DNA of 64,000 nt from Thermodesulfobacteriota bacterium (GTDB lineage: Bacteria; Desulfobacterota_D; UBA1144; Nemesobacterales; UBA2774), in the NCBI GenBank assembly GCA_965223335.1, contig OZ244991.1:1952001-2016000 (forward strand), read 5' to 3'. Of this stretch, positions 44,089 to 54,427 are shown one piece after another; positions within the stretch are counted from its first letter, which is position 1; the number at the start of each line of letters is the position of its first letter. Under the pieces are notes generated by a model that did not search any database, had not been told where the DNA came from, and worked only from the letters and a program-made list of their open reading frames with translations. Both the position numbers and the translations under genes were made by a program.

Positions 44089-45774
44089 GTGGAAAAAGCT
44101 AATAAAGAAAAGAGCCTTGATTTTATTAGATCAATTATCGAGCAGGATATATCTGATAATAAAAACGACGGGCGCGTAGCTACGAGGTTCCCGCCGGAAC
44201 CAAACGGGTATCTCCACATAGGACATGCAAAATCGATATGCCTTAACTTTGGGGTGGCCCTTGAGTACGGGGGCACGTGCAACCTTAGGTTCGACGACAC
44301 TAACCCTACAAAGGAAAATATAGAGTATGTGAATTCTATACAAGAGGACGTCAGGTGGCTCGGTTACGATTGGGAAGACCGCTTGTACTACGCATCGGAC
44401 TATTTCGACAAGCTCTATGAGTATGCGGTGGAGCTTGTTAAAGCTGATAAGGCTTATGTGGACAGCCTCACGGGTGACCAGATAAGGGAGTACCGGGGAA
44501 CACTGAGTGAGCCGGGCAAAAACAGTCCCTACAGAGACAGGGATGTTGAGGGGAACCTAGACCTATTAACTCGGATGAAAGAGGGTGAGTTCAAGGAGGG
44601 TGAGTATGTGCTGAGGGCCAAGATAGATATGGCTTCGGGCAACCTGAACATGAGAGACCCTGTGATGTATAGGATTCTTAAAGAGCCTCATTATAGGTCG
44701 GGGGATAAATGGAACATATACCCCATGTATGACTTTGCGCACTGTGTGTCGGACTCTATTGAGGGTATTACACACTCGTTATGCACGCTTGAGTTCGAGG
44801 ACCACAGGCCACTTTACGACTGGTTTTTAGAGGAGCTTGGGGTACATCACCCGCAGCAGATAGAGTTTGCGAGGCTAAACCTGAGTTACACGGTGCTTAG
44901 CAAGAGAAAGATAATAGAGTTGGTTGAGAACAAATATGTCGGGGGCTGGGACGACCCGCGTATGCCCACACTGGCGGGGTTAAGGCGCAGGGGATATACG
45001 CCGGCTTCCATACGGAATTTTTGTGAGAAGATAGGTGTGACAAAGCAGGATAGCCAGATTGATGTTGCTCTATTGGAATACAGCATCCGGGATGACCTGA
45101 ATAAGATAGCGCCTCGTGTAATGGCTGTGCTTAACCCGCTTAAGATAGAGATAATCAACTATCCGGATGATCTGGTGGAGGATATGGAGGCAATAAATAA
45201 CCCAGAGGACCCGGGCATGGGAACGAGGACTGTGCCGTTTTCCAAGATCTTGTACATAGAAAGGGACGATTTTATGGAGAACCCCTCAAAGAAGTTCCAT
45301 CGCCTCGCACCGGGGCGAGAGGTGAGGCTGCGATACGGGTATATAATCGAATGCACTGAAGTAGTTAAGGATGATAGTGGGGATATAGTGGAGCTGAAAT
45401 GTACCTACGACCCAGAGACTAGGGGAGGGGACACACCCGACGGTCGAAAGATTAGGGGTACGATACATTGGGTCTCTGCTGAGCATGCAGTGAGTGCCGA
45501 GGTAAGACTGTATGACCGGTTGTTTAGTGTGCCGGACCCAGAGAACGTAGAGAAAGATGGTTCATTCCTAGACAACTTTAACCAAGAATCGCTAAATGTT
45601 ATTAGTGATGCAAAACTAGAACCCAGCCTGGCAGATGCAAAAACCGGTGTTAATTATCAGTTTGAACGCCTGGGCTACTTTTACCTGGATGAGCCGGATA
45701 GTACCGAAGACAAATTGGTATTTAACCGGACCGCAACGCTTCGGGACACCTGGGGCAAAATAAAAAACAAGTAA
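44089..45774 (+). CDS. glnS: Glutaminyl-tRNA synthetase
   Basis: [35 protein letters not shown]. Confidence 0.95.
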   Translation: MEKANKEKSLDFIRSIIEQDISDNKNDGRVATRFPPEPNGYLHIGHAKSICLNFGVALEYGGTCNLRFDDTNPTKENIEYVNSIQEDVRWLGYDWEDRLYYASDYFDKLYEYAVELVKADKAYVDSLTGDQIREYRGTLSEPGKNSPYRDRDVEGNLDLLTRMKEGEFKEGEYVLRAKIDMASGNLNMRDPVMYRILKEPHYRSGDKWNIYPMYDFAHCVSDSIEGITHSLCTLEFEDHRPLYDWFLEELGVHHPQQIEFARLNLSYTVLSKRKIIELVENKYVGGWDDPRMPTLAGLRRRGYTPASIRNFCEKIGVTKQDSQIDVALLEYSIRDDLNKIAPRVMAVLNPLKIEIINYPDDLVEDMEAINNPEDPGMGTRTVPFSKILYIERDDFMENPSKKFHRLAPGREVRLRYGYIIECTEVVKDDSGDIVELKCTYDPETRGGDTPDGRKIRGTIHWVSAEHAVSAEVRLYDRLFSVPDPENVEKDGSFLDNFNQESLNVISDAKLEPSLADAKTGVNYQFERLGYFYLDEPDSTEDKLVFNRTATLRDTWGKIKNK

Positions 45775-45869
45775 ATTAGGTAAGTAAGACAGGCCAATCT
45801 TCTAAAATGCAATGGCCGGCTTCTTTAATTCCGCTATTGCATCGCAAAAAATAACTATAATAAATAAAC

Positions 45870-46655
45870 TCAAAACAAACTACTGTTATCTTCTTCAGAC
45901 ATTTTGTAACCGGTTACCCCGAGCTCTTTATTGTCTAAATAGACTGTATTTTCTGGATTGATCGAGATCCTACCGTTAGCAATAAGGCTATGAATCACAA
46001 AAGGATAAATAAACCTCTCGGGTCCATTGCGCAATAGATTGCCAATCACGTCTTTGTCATCCTCGGTATAACCCCGAAGGGAAATATCGGTGCTCTGTGC
46101 AAGCACAGGGCCGAACCGCTCTGTGGGGGACTGCAAATATACACTACACCTAAGACTGCTCTCGTTTTTGCGAAGTGCCTGCACCGAGGCCTCGACACCC
46201 CTTACCAAGTAGTCTTTGGTGGTATCGCCCGGATAGAGATTGAGCACTCTGTTTTTGTACCTGTTTAAGAATTTTTGTCCCAACCGTCTTCTAAACCCTG
46301 CAAGCACAATAAGGTCGGGGGTAAATCTATCTTCTAATAGAGAGATTATCGCTGCGTCATAATAGTCCCTGGATTCATCATCGTTGGGATCTGTGCCGAG
46401 GGACTCAAAATATTTTTTCGAGCTTAGCTTTATAACCGGTATACCATAACCCTCGGCAACCTCTACACCCTTGCAACCGGGTACATTGGTGAATACAACT
46501 TCGACTTTTCCATAGTTGGGCACACCGTTTTTGATACATAACTGCTGTTGTTCGTATATTGGAATAAGATTTGAGCCCGAGCCTGAAATAAAAACCGCTA
46601 AACGCATCGGGCTACGGCCGGGGGAAAATATAGGTGTTGATGTTTGTTTTTCCAT
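45870..46655 (-). CDS. Formyltransferase (PurN-like) family protein with atypical active site
   Basis: LAVFISGSGSNL, DLIVLAGF, VLNLYPGD, GPVLAQ. Confidence 0.72.
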   Translation of the reverse strand: MEKQTSTPIFSPGRSPMRLAVFISGSGSNLIPIYEQQQLCIKNGVPNYGKVEVVFTNVPGCKGVEVAEGYGIPVIKLSSKKYFESLGTDPNDDESRDYYDAAIISLLEDRFTPDLIVLAGFRRRLGQKFLNRYKNRVLNLYPGDTTKDYLVRGVEASVQALRKNESSLRCSVYLQSPTERFGPVLAQSTDISLRGYTEDDKDVIGNLLRNGPERFIYPFVIHSLIANGRISINPENTVYLDNKELGVTGYKMSEEDNSSLF

Positions 46656-46724
46656 GAGTTTATTGGAGAGTTGTTTTATTTACAATATCTATTGATTCAG
46701 GGAAAGTATATCGACTGAAACGAT

Positions 46725-47597
46725 ATGAGCAACTGGGCGCTTAGATTAATAACATCGATAATTGCGATACCGATCCTCTATATAGTCTTTCGTTACGGGG
46801 GCCCGCTATTTGTAGTCTTAATAACAGCTGTGGGGATTGTTGCCATCCTTGAGTACTTTAGACTGCTTGACCGTACTGACCTGAGTATTGAAAAGTACAT
46901 CGGTGTGTTGGGTGTGGTCATACTGCCTTTGGGGGCATTTTATGGATACATGTACCTTGGGCTTGGGTTTACTTGTATGGTGTTGTTGGTGCTCTTGAGT
47001 CAGTTGTTAAAGGATGATCTAACCGACTGTATTTACAGAATAAGTGTCACGGTGCTAGGCATTGCATATGTGGGTTGGTTTGTGTCGCATGCTGTCTTGA
47101 TAAGGAATCTGGGGAGTTCGCACGATACCAAAGAGCTTAATACTCTCTACGAAAATGTATCTGATGTCGGGTTCTTTTATATAGTGCTTGTGGTGGCTGT
47201 GACTTTTTTAAACGACACCGGGGCTTACTATGTGGGCAAGTTCATAGGCAAACACAAACTGGTACCGAGTATAAGCCCGGGTAAGACTATTGAGGGCACA
47301 CTCGGGGGGATTGTATCGTCAATAATAACAGCAGTTGTCGTGAATATTATTTTTGGTGCGCCTGTATCTTATCTGTTTGTGGTTACCTTCGGGTTGTTGA
47401 TTGCTGTGTTGGCTGTGATCGGTGACCTTGCTGAGTCTTCAATAAAGAGGGGCTCTGGGGTAAAGGATACGGGAGAGATATTGCCTGGGCACGGGGGAGT
47501 GCTCGACAGGATAGACAGTCTTTTGTTTGTGCTGCCCTTTTCTTACTACTATATATTGCTATGGGTAGGTGGAGGAGAGAGGATCGTAGGAAGTTAG
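46725..47597 (+). CDS. cdsA: Phosphatidate cytidylyltransferase
   Basis: DTGAY, ISPGKTIEG, GDLAESSIKR..GVKD.G..LPGHGGVLDRIDS. Confidence 0.94.
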   Translation: MSNWALRLITSIIAIPILYIVFRYGGPLFVVLITAVGIVAILEYFRLLDRTDLSIEKYIGVLGVVILPLGAFYGYMYLGLGFTCMVLLVLLSQLLKDDLTDCIYRISVTVLGIAYVGWFVSHAVLIRNLGSSHDTKELNTLYENVSDVGFFYIVLVVAVTFLNDTGAYYVGKFIGKHKLVPSISPGKTIEGTLGGIVSSIITAVVVNIIFGAPVSYLFVVTFGLLIAVLAVIGDLAESSIKRGSGVKDTGEILPGHGGVLDRIDSLLFVLPFSYYYILLWVGGGERIVGS

Positions 47598-47672
47598 ACG
47601 CAAGCACGTAATTAGACATATGTCAATATTGGCAACCTTGAAGAAACTTGCATTTTATTTATATTGTACGCT

Positions 47673-48821
47673 ATGCCTAAAGATCCTGTAAGCAAGGCAA
47701 GTGCCGGACTGGAGATAAAAACCCAGGGGGCTGATACTCTGGTCTTGGCCATAAGCGGTAGGTTGGACTCGTACTCGGCAGCGGGGATATGGGGGAATTC
47801 GCTTTTAACAATTGAAGATAAAAAGCCCGCACACCTGATTGTAGATGCCTCGGGGATTGATTACTGTGACTCGTCGGGGATCTCACTATTGCTTGACCTC
47901 GAGAGGAAACAGACCTATGGGGGAGGGGATTATCGCATAGAAGGGCTTAGGGAAGAGTACGGCAGGATGTTGGGGCTATATGACTATAAAGAGTTCAAAG
48001 AAGACCCGGATGCACTGCTTGCTGATGATGAAAAACTGCTCATCACAGTTGGTAAGAACTCGTATTCATTGTGGGAAGAGATCAAGGTACATGTTGAATT
48101 TACCGGACGTATGCTGGTCGCACTGGTCCAGTCGTTTAAAAACCCAAGCGAGATCAGATGGCGCGAGGTATTGATAACATCTGAAAAATTCGGCTCAAAT
48201 GCAATAATCATCATAGCGCTGGTCAACTTTCTTGTGGGCCTGGTAATAGCGTTTCAGTCTGCAATACCGATGCGGCAATACGGGGCCGACATATTCGTAG
48301 CAAACCTGGTGGCGATTGCATATTTTAAGGAGCTCGGGCCTTTAATGACGGCTTTTGTGGTAAATGGGCGAAGCGGCTCTGCGTTTGCGGCGGAATTGGG
48401 AACGATGAAGATAAACGAGGAGATTGACGCTCTAACCACAATGGGGCTTGATCCTGTGAAATTCTTGATTGTGCCCAAAGCCATAGCTGCGTTGCTTATG
48501 CTCCCGCTGCTCACACTTTTTGGGAATTTGTTTGGACTATTGGGAGGGCTTGTAGTGATGCTCTCGCTTGGCTATACATTTGTTACGTTCTATAATCAGG
48601 TTACAGCCTCTGCGACCTATGTGATGTTGTTGGCGGGTTTGTTTAAAACACTTTTTTTCGCACTCATTATTGCGGGTGTGGGCTGTTTGTCGGGTATGAG
48701 GGCAAGCAAAGGGCCTTCAGCCGTAGGTGATGCTGCGACAACTGCGGTTGTGACCGGTATTATATTGGTCATACTTGTGGATGGACTGTTCGGTGTTCTA
48801 TATTATATCCTTGGGGTGTGA
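47673..48821 (+). CDS. mlaE: STAS-fused MlaE family ABC permease
   Basis: N-terminal STAS-like DSSG; KELGPL, GRSGSAFAAELGTMKINEEIDAL, VGDAAT. Confidence 0.86.
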   Translation: MPKDPVSKASAGLEIKTQGADTLVLAISGRLDSYSAAGIWGNSLLTIEDKKPAHLIVDASGIDYCDSSGISLLLDLERKQTYGGGDYRIEGLREEYGRMLGLYDYKEFKEDPDALLADDEKLLITVGKNSYSLWEEIKVHVEFTGRMLVALVQSFKNPSEIRWREVLITSEKFGSNAIIIIALVNFLVGLVIAFQSAIPMRQYGADIFVANLVAIAYFKELGPLMTAFVVNGRSGSAFAAELGTMKINEEIDALTTMGLDPVKFLIVPKAIAALLMLPLLTLFGNLFGLLGGLVVMLSLGYTFVTFYNQVTASATYVMLLAGLFKTLFFALIIAGVGCLSGMRASKGPSAVGDAATTAVVTGIILVILVDGLFGVLYYILGV

Positions 48822-49600
48822 GTTTAGTGGACGAGAAATCAAAAGCCATAATTACGGTTACTAATTTTACGGCGGCCTACGGCGACAACGTTATTATAGA
48901 CAATATCAGCTTCGATGTTTACGAAGGTGAGATCTTTGTGATATTGGGCGGGTCGGGCTGTGGCAAGAGCACGCTGCTGAAACACATGATAGGCCTTTAC
49001 AGGCCGGCTTCGGGACGCATTCTCATAGACGGGGATGATATAGCAGTGGCAGGGGGAGAGAACAGAATAGATATCCTCAAAAAAATCGGCGTAGCCTACC
49101 AGCAGGGTGCACTGTTTGGTTCCATGACGGTGCTTGAAAACGTCATGATACCGCTTGAGGTCTACACGGACCTCGATCGAGAGGCCATGGAATTAATTGC
49201 ACTTATGAAACTCAAGCTGGTTGGATTGCTGGGTTCTGAAAACAAGATGCCTTCAGAACTAAGCGGGGGGATGATCAAGCGCGCAGCACTTGCAAGGGCC
49301 ATGGCGCTTGACCCGAGGATACTTTTTTTGGACGAGCCCTCCGCAGGGCTTGACCCCATTACCTCAGCGGACTTGGATGAAACCATAATAAACCTCTCTA
49401 GGACGTTGGGGATTACATTTGTAGTGGTTACACACGAGTTGGCAAGTATATATAAGATTGCTGACAGAGTGATAATGCTGGATAAGGGTGTAAAGCGTAT
49501 AATAGCTACCGGTAAGCCTAAAGAGCTTAGGGATCACTCGGACAATAAAATCGTGCAGCAGTTCTTTAGAAGAGAGTCGGCTGTGCAATTGGGGGCATAG
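48818..49600 (+). CDS. mlaF: MlaF family ABC ATPase
   Basis: GGSGCGKS, LSGGMIKR, DEPSAGLDP. Confidence 0.86.
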   Translation: MSLVDEKSKAIITVTNFTAAYGDNVIIDNISFDVYEGEIFVILGGSGCGKSTLLKHMIGLYRPASGRILIDGDDIAVAGGENRIDILKKIGVAYQQGALFGSMTVLENVMIPLEVYTDLDREAMELIALMKLKLVGLLGSENKMPSELSGGMIKRAALARAMALDPRILFLDEPSAGLDPITSADLDETIINLSRTLGITFVVVTHELASIYKIADRVIMLDKGVKRIIATGKPKELRDHSDNKIVQQFFRRESAVQLGA

Positions 49601-49617
49601 AGGGTAATTAAAATATC

Positions 49618-50583
49618 ATGAGTCAAAAACCTAACTATTTTAAAATAGGTCTGTTTACGATATTGGGCACTTTGCTGCTGGCTTTTGCAATCGTAATCTT
49701 TGGTGCAGGTAAGTTTTTTCAGGAAAAGATCTATGTTGAAACTTACTTTGACCAATCAGTACAAGGTTTAAATGTAGGTTCAGCACTTAAGTATCAGGGT
49801 GTTGATATCGGCAATGTGAGTGAGATGGGTTTTGTCTTTGCTGAGTATAATACCGATTATCAATATGTGTATGTGAGGGCTGAGATATATCCCACTCTGG
49901 TATCCAAAACCGGCAAAGGGATGTACAAGAATGAGTTCGAGAGGAAAAAAGGTCTTAAAGAGATGATAGAAAATGGACTTAGACTGCAGCTTGCGTCCCA
50001 GGGTATTACAGGTGTTGCTTTTCTAAATGCCGTGTATTTAGACCCAAAAGATCATCTCCCGGTTGAAATAAACTGGAAACCTAAATATATCTATATACCA
50101 TCTGCACCGGGCACTATTACCCTTATTACTCAGGCAATAGAGAAACTTACTAAAACTATCGAATCAATAGATTTCAAAGGCATATCAGATGAGGTTAATA
50201 AGTTGATCGTGACAACTTCAAATGCCGTCGATGATGCAAATATTAAAGAGGTGAGTGAAGATTTGAGGGCAGTGCTTAAGAGCTTGGATAGGACGGTAAG
50301 TTCTATAGATTCAATTGTCAACAGCCCTGAGGTCTTAGCAAGCCTAAAAAATGTTAAAGAATCCACAGCCGAATTGCCCGCTACGATTGCGGAATTAAAA
50401 CGTACAATTCATAAGACCGACCAGATCCTAAACAGCAGAGAGAACAACTTGCGGGTGGTAATAGAAAACATAGAGCTTATCTCGGATGACTTAAGAGAGT
50501 TTATGGAGACTGTAAAAAAATATCCATCGTGGGTTTTCTTTGGGGAAAAACCGCCACGATTTAAAGCAGGTGAAAATGAATAA
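49618..50583 (+). CDS. mlaD: MlaD/MCE domain protein
   Basis: N-terminal TM, SVQGLNVGSALKYQGVDIG, helical C-terminal region. Confidence 0.85.
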   Translation: MSQKPNYFKIGLFTILGTLLLAFAIVIFGAGKFFQEKIYVETYFDQSVQGLNVGSALKYQGVDIGNVSEMGFVFAEYNTDYQYVYVRAEIYPTLVSKTGKGMYKNEFERKKGLKEMIENGLRLQLASQGITGVAFLNAVYLDPKDHLPVEINWKPKYIYIPSAPGTITLITQAIEKLTKTIESIDFKGISDEVNKLIVTTSNAVDDANIKEVSEDLRAVLKSLDRTVSSIDSIVNSPEVLASLKNVKESTAELPATIAELKRTIHKTDQILNSRENNLRVVIENIELISDDLREFMETVKKYPSWVFFGEKPPRFKAGENE

Positions 50584-51205
50584 ACAAAAATATTACACAG
50601 CCGCAGTGCTTGTAGTAACTTGTTTTTGCGTAATGGGGTGTGCGTCGCTAAATAAAACCTATCCTGAACGAAACTACTATCTGTTTAAACTTCCCGAAGC
50701 CGAAAACAGCTTGCAACACAGCTCGGATTCGATTGCCTTGGTGAAAAGGTTTACGTTGTCGCCGGCAAATATGAGTAAACAATTCATATACAGGACCTCA
50801 GAGCTCGAGTACGAATCGGATTTCTATAACCAGTTTTTTAGGATCCCATCGGCGCTGGTTACCGAAGAGTTTGTACTGTGGCTAGATAAATCGGGGTTGT
50901 TCCGACAGGTTGTCACACCCTCAATTCAGATCCCCTATGACTATTTCATCGAGGGTAATATAGTCCGGCTCTACGGCGATTTCCGAAGCACTACAAATCC
51001 TACTGCGGTAATGGAGCTACAACTGTTTTTACTCGAACCTACGGATACCGGTGACAATAACCTTGTATTTGCTAAGACCTATGAGAGCACAATAGGTATT
51101 GGGGCACCCAGAGCCGATGAACTCATGAACGGCTGGAACAAGGGACTTGACGGCATAATAGCCGAATTTGCCGCGGATATCGCCGGCCTTGTGAACACGA
51201 ATTAG
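50576..51205 (+). CDS. PqiC-like ABC auxiliary lipoprotein
   Basis: Lipobox VMGC; last gene of the MCE operon, overlapping mlaD. Confidence 0.7.
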   Translation: MNKQKYYTAAVLVVTCFCVMGCASLNKTYPERNYYLFKLPEAENSLQHSSDSIALVKRFTLSPANMSKQFIYRTSELEYESDFYNQFFRIPSALVTEEFVLWLDKSGLFRQVVTPSIQIPYDYFIEGNIVRLYGDFRSTTNPTAVMELQLFLLEPTDTGDNNLVFAKTYESTIGIGAPRADELMNGWNKGLDGIIAEFAADIAGLVNTN

Positions 51206-51394
51206 TCTTAAACTCGAGGATAAAGGGAGCCATATAGATTTGTTGCCATGTTCTAATGCCGCTATTGCATATAGTTTTGCACGAGATATTGATTGTTCTC
51301 ACGTTTATTAACTAAAGTTACTTGCTTTAGAGTGTTTTGAAGTCTTATAATTATATAAATATTATAAAACAACTGTTTTCAGGATAGGAATGAG

Positions 51395-52858
51395 ATGAGG
51401 ATAGTCCTTTGGCTGCTAGTTGCCGTTTTACTGGTACTCTCTTTGGTATTCGGTGTGCTACCGTACTTCTTTGGGAAAAGAACAGAAGACGAATACTATA
51501 CACTTGTAGAAAGATACGGTGAGATAGAGGGTATCGATGCAAAGAGCATTGAATACAATAGGGGATGGTTTGTATCGAGAGCAAGCACACAGTATGAAAC
51601 ACCGGGTTTAAACACCGTAACTTTCACAGCCGTTGACAATAACCTTATATATCATGGGCCGTTTCCCCTACAAGCAATACTTAAGGGTAAAATCGCTCCG
51701 AAACCGGTGTTGGCCTTTATTGAATCCATCTACGAGATAGAGGCCGTAGAGACCGAAGCTAGATCTAAAGATCCTGCCATATCATTTGTGGTTCAGGTAA
51801 TGAATAATCTCCCCACATTGGAATCAACCACTACCATAGCTCTGGATGCAAGCAGTATATCCAGGATCTCTATCGATAAAACCTCTACTGACACCGAAGA
51901 AGGTACAAGGTTTGATTTCGGAGGGCTTAAGGGGCAGGTTGAACTTGGCCCCGAGATTGAGAGCTTTAAATCCGAGTTAGATTCACCAGGGCTAACCCTA
52001 CATGACGAAGAATCTACATTGTCGATTAGCAGCGTTGAGGGACAATCGGATATGTACTATCCCACCACTGACAGAAATATACCGTTGGGCATGTATAGAG
52101 TAAGTGTCGGAGAGGTAGAGTTTGTAGATCCTAAAAAGGCAAAGACAAAAAAGAGCGGTGGGAAAATAAAGGTAAACAACTTTAGTGTAGGGGGGGATTC
52201 TGAATTAACTAACGGTGCGTTTGACGCAAGCATAAAATTTGATGTTAAACAGGTAGCTGTAGACGGCTCGGTTTATGGCCCGGGGACTTACGAGATGGTG
52301 TTGAGGAATTTGGACTATGAATCGGCTAACCAGATAAGACAAAAAACACAGGAAACCAACATTCAGGACCCGGAGGAACGAAACCAAGTGCTTACCGCAG
52401 AGTTGCTTAATGTGCTTCCAGAACTAATTAAGCACTCGCCGGAACTGGAAATTACTAATCTCAGCTTACAAACTGATTATGGGGATGTAGGGGGTAGGGC
52501 TAAAATAGCTGTGGACGGGAGCAACCCTGAAATGATTGCAAACCCACTTTTCCTGGCGTTTGCTATTACAGCCGATGTGGAGTTTCAGATTGCAGAGGAA
52601 TTGCTTAAAACACTGCTCGAGGCGCTTAGCAGGGATGAAATTGTCGATAACTATAAGTTGTTGAGGGGTAGGACCCCGAGTGAAAAGGAGATAGATGAGT
52701 TGGCCGAGGAGGCGGCTGAGGACGGTATGTTGAAGCTGCTTAGGGATAATTACTTTGTAAAAAACGGTGATCAGTTTGAATTGAAAGCAACATATACAAA
52801 TGGTGAGATTACACTTAACGGTAAACCGCTTGATATTAGTTCGCTACTGAAGAAGTAG
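51395..52858 (+). CDS. YdgA/DUF945 family protein
   Basis: N-terminal anchor, YNRGWFVS, IYHGPFP, C-terminal LNGKP. Confidence 0.78.
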   Translation: MRIVLWLLVAVLLVLSLVFGVLPYFFGKRTEDEYYTLVERYGEIEGIDAKSIEYNRGWFVSRASTQYETPGLNTVTFTAVDNNLIYHGPFPLQAILKGKIAPKPVLAFIESIYEIEAVETEARSKDPAISFVVQVMNNLPTLESTTTIALDASSISRISIDKTSTDTEEGTRFDFGGLKGQVELGPEIESFKSELDSPGLTLHDEESTLSISSVEGQSDMYYPTTDRNIPLGMYRVSVGEVEFVDPKKAKTKKSGGKIKVNNFSVGGDSELTNGAFDASIKFDVKQVAVDGSVYGPGTYEMVLRNLDYESANQIRQKTQETNIQDPEERNQVLTAELLNVLPELIKHSPELEITNLSLQTDYGDVGGRAKIAVDGSNPEMIANPLFLAFAITADVEFQIAEELLKTLLEALSRDEIVDNYKLLRGRTPSEKEIDELAEEAAEDGMLKLLRDNYFVKNGDQFELKATYTNGEITLNGKPLDISSLLKK

Positions 52859-52920
52859 CGTAACGGCCAATAAGCATCAATAACACACCCAATTGATCCG
52901 AGTGAAATGGCCCCCCTGGA

Positions 52921-53766
52921 TTAGCTTTGGTCATACTTGTTTTTCTCAATAAATTTCTCGAACTCTTTGAACGTGTACATGTTATCGAGTGATACTGTAG
53001 AGCTATTAGCACGAAGATGAGTCAGTGCCAATTCTATTGCTTTTGTGGCAGAAAACAGTGCGGTCAATGGGTACACGACAACCTTAAACCCCAAATCCTC
53101 GAGCTGATCAATGCTAACCGGAGGTGTTTTCCCTCCCTCTACCATATTTGCAAAGAGCGGGATCCCAGGGAGTGATGAGGCTATCTTTTCCAGCTCTGCA
53201 ATTGACTCGGGGGCTTCGACGAATATGATGTCGGCACCGGCATCATAATAGCGTTTACCCCTGTCGATTGCCTCTTTTAATCCAAGCGGGGCGCGTGCGT
53301 CGGTACGCCCTATAATCACTAGCCCGTTGTCAGTTGAAATTTTACGAGCGGCGGTAATTTTCCGGGCATGTTCTTGGGCTGGAATGACCTCCTTGCCCTC
53401 AAAGTGACCGCAGCGTTTGGGCCAGACCTGGTCCTCGAGTATTATCCCAGCTATGTCCAACTTAATACACTCCCCAGTGGTTCTCATCACATTGCGGACA
53501 TCACCGTAGCCGGTGTCCATATCGGCAATCACAGGGATATCGACCGTACCCGCAATCCTACCAGAGCCCAAGAGCATATCGGTGGCTGTGAGGTAACCGT
53601 GGTCAGGCAACCCGAGTAGTGATGCCGAGAGCCCAAACCCGCTTGTGAACACAGCCTCGAACCCCACTTTTTCCGCAAGCCGTGCACTGATACAGTCGTA
53701 CACCCCGGGGAGTACTGTAATCGGTTGTTTTTGAAGATGTTCTCTAAAAATCTGACCTTTAGTCAT
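52921..53766 (-). CDS. Isocitrate lyase/PEP mutase family protein (2-methylisocitrate lyase-like)
   Basis: ADMDTGYG, EDQVWPKRCGH, GRTDA, NMVEGGKTP. Confidence 0.85.
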   Translation of the reverse strand: MTKGQIFREHLQKQPITVLPGVYDCISARLAEKVGFEAVFTSGFGLSASLLGLPDHGYLTATDMLLGSGRIAGTVDIPVIADMDTGYGDVRNVMRTTGECIKLDIAGIILEDQVWPKRCGHFEGKEVIPAQEHARKITAARKISTDNGLVIIGRTDARAPLGLKEAIDRGKRYYDAGADIIFVEAPESIAELEKIASSLPGIPLFANMVEGGKTPPVSIDQLEDLGFKVVVYPLTALFSATKAIELALTHLRANSSTVSLDNMYTFKEFEKFIEKNKYDQS

Positions 53767-53915
53767 AGTAGTCTCCTAATAGTTGTGCTTAGAAAAATAG
53801 ATCGAGCGGGTAGGAGTGTCAAGAAAAATTGAATCGATTTCAGAGTTGTGATATTTTGTGATTGATAGGGTAGGGTGCGGGCAGCTTATACAACTATAGA
53901 CAGAGGTAGAGCTAA

Positions 53916-54413
53916 GTGGCGAGAAGCGACGAGGGTAAAGCCGAAAAGTCTTCCTCGAGTTATACGACGGAGCTTAAGAGCAAAGACGTTATACAGCTTA
54001 TAGAAGCGCTTGACGGTGTTACACTCGATTACGACCACCTCTATTACTATGAACACACAGGGCTCATAGTGCCCAGCATAAGAAAAGCGCAGGGACGGGG
54101 TATCCCAAAACTCTATTCAATTGAGGATGTTATCGTTCTTAGGTGGCTTGTCTCGCTCCAAAAACGGGGTGTGCCCGTAAGCAGATTCCGTGAGGTGGTT
54201 GATTTCTTGAAAAAAAAGATGCCCGAGGTGCTAAAGAGTCCTCAGAACTGGATGCTGATCACCGACGGCAACACCGTGCAGTTCTTTGATAAGGTCTCTT
54301 CCCGCACTCTGGATGTGCTAAAGGACACGGGGCAGTACCTGTTTCTTTTTCCTGTCGGCAAGGTTGCTGAGCAGAGTGAGCGTGCCGTAAAAGATCTTAA
54401 GCTAAAGAAGTAG
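53916..54413 (+). CDS. MerR-family HTH regulator
   Basis: LYYYEHTGLIVPS....GRG...LYSIEDV..L..L...GV. Confidence 0.75.
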   Translation: MARSDEGKAEKSSSSYTTELKSKDVIQLIEALDGVTLDYDHLYYYEHTGLIVPSIRKAQGRGIPKLYSIEDVIVLRWLVSLQKRGVPVSRFREVVDFLKKKMPEVLKSPQNWMLITDGNTVQFFDKVSSRTLDVLKDTGQYLFLFPVGKVAEQSERAVKDLKLKK

Positions 54414-54427
54414 CCGTCACCACCCAC

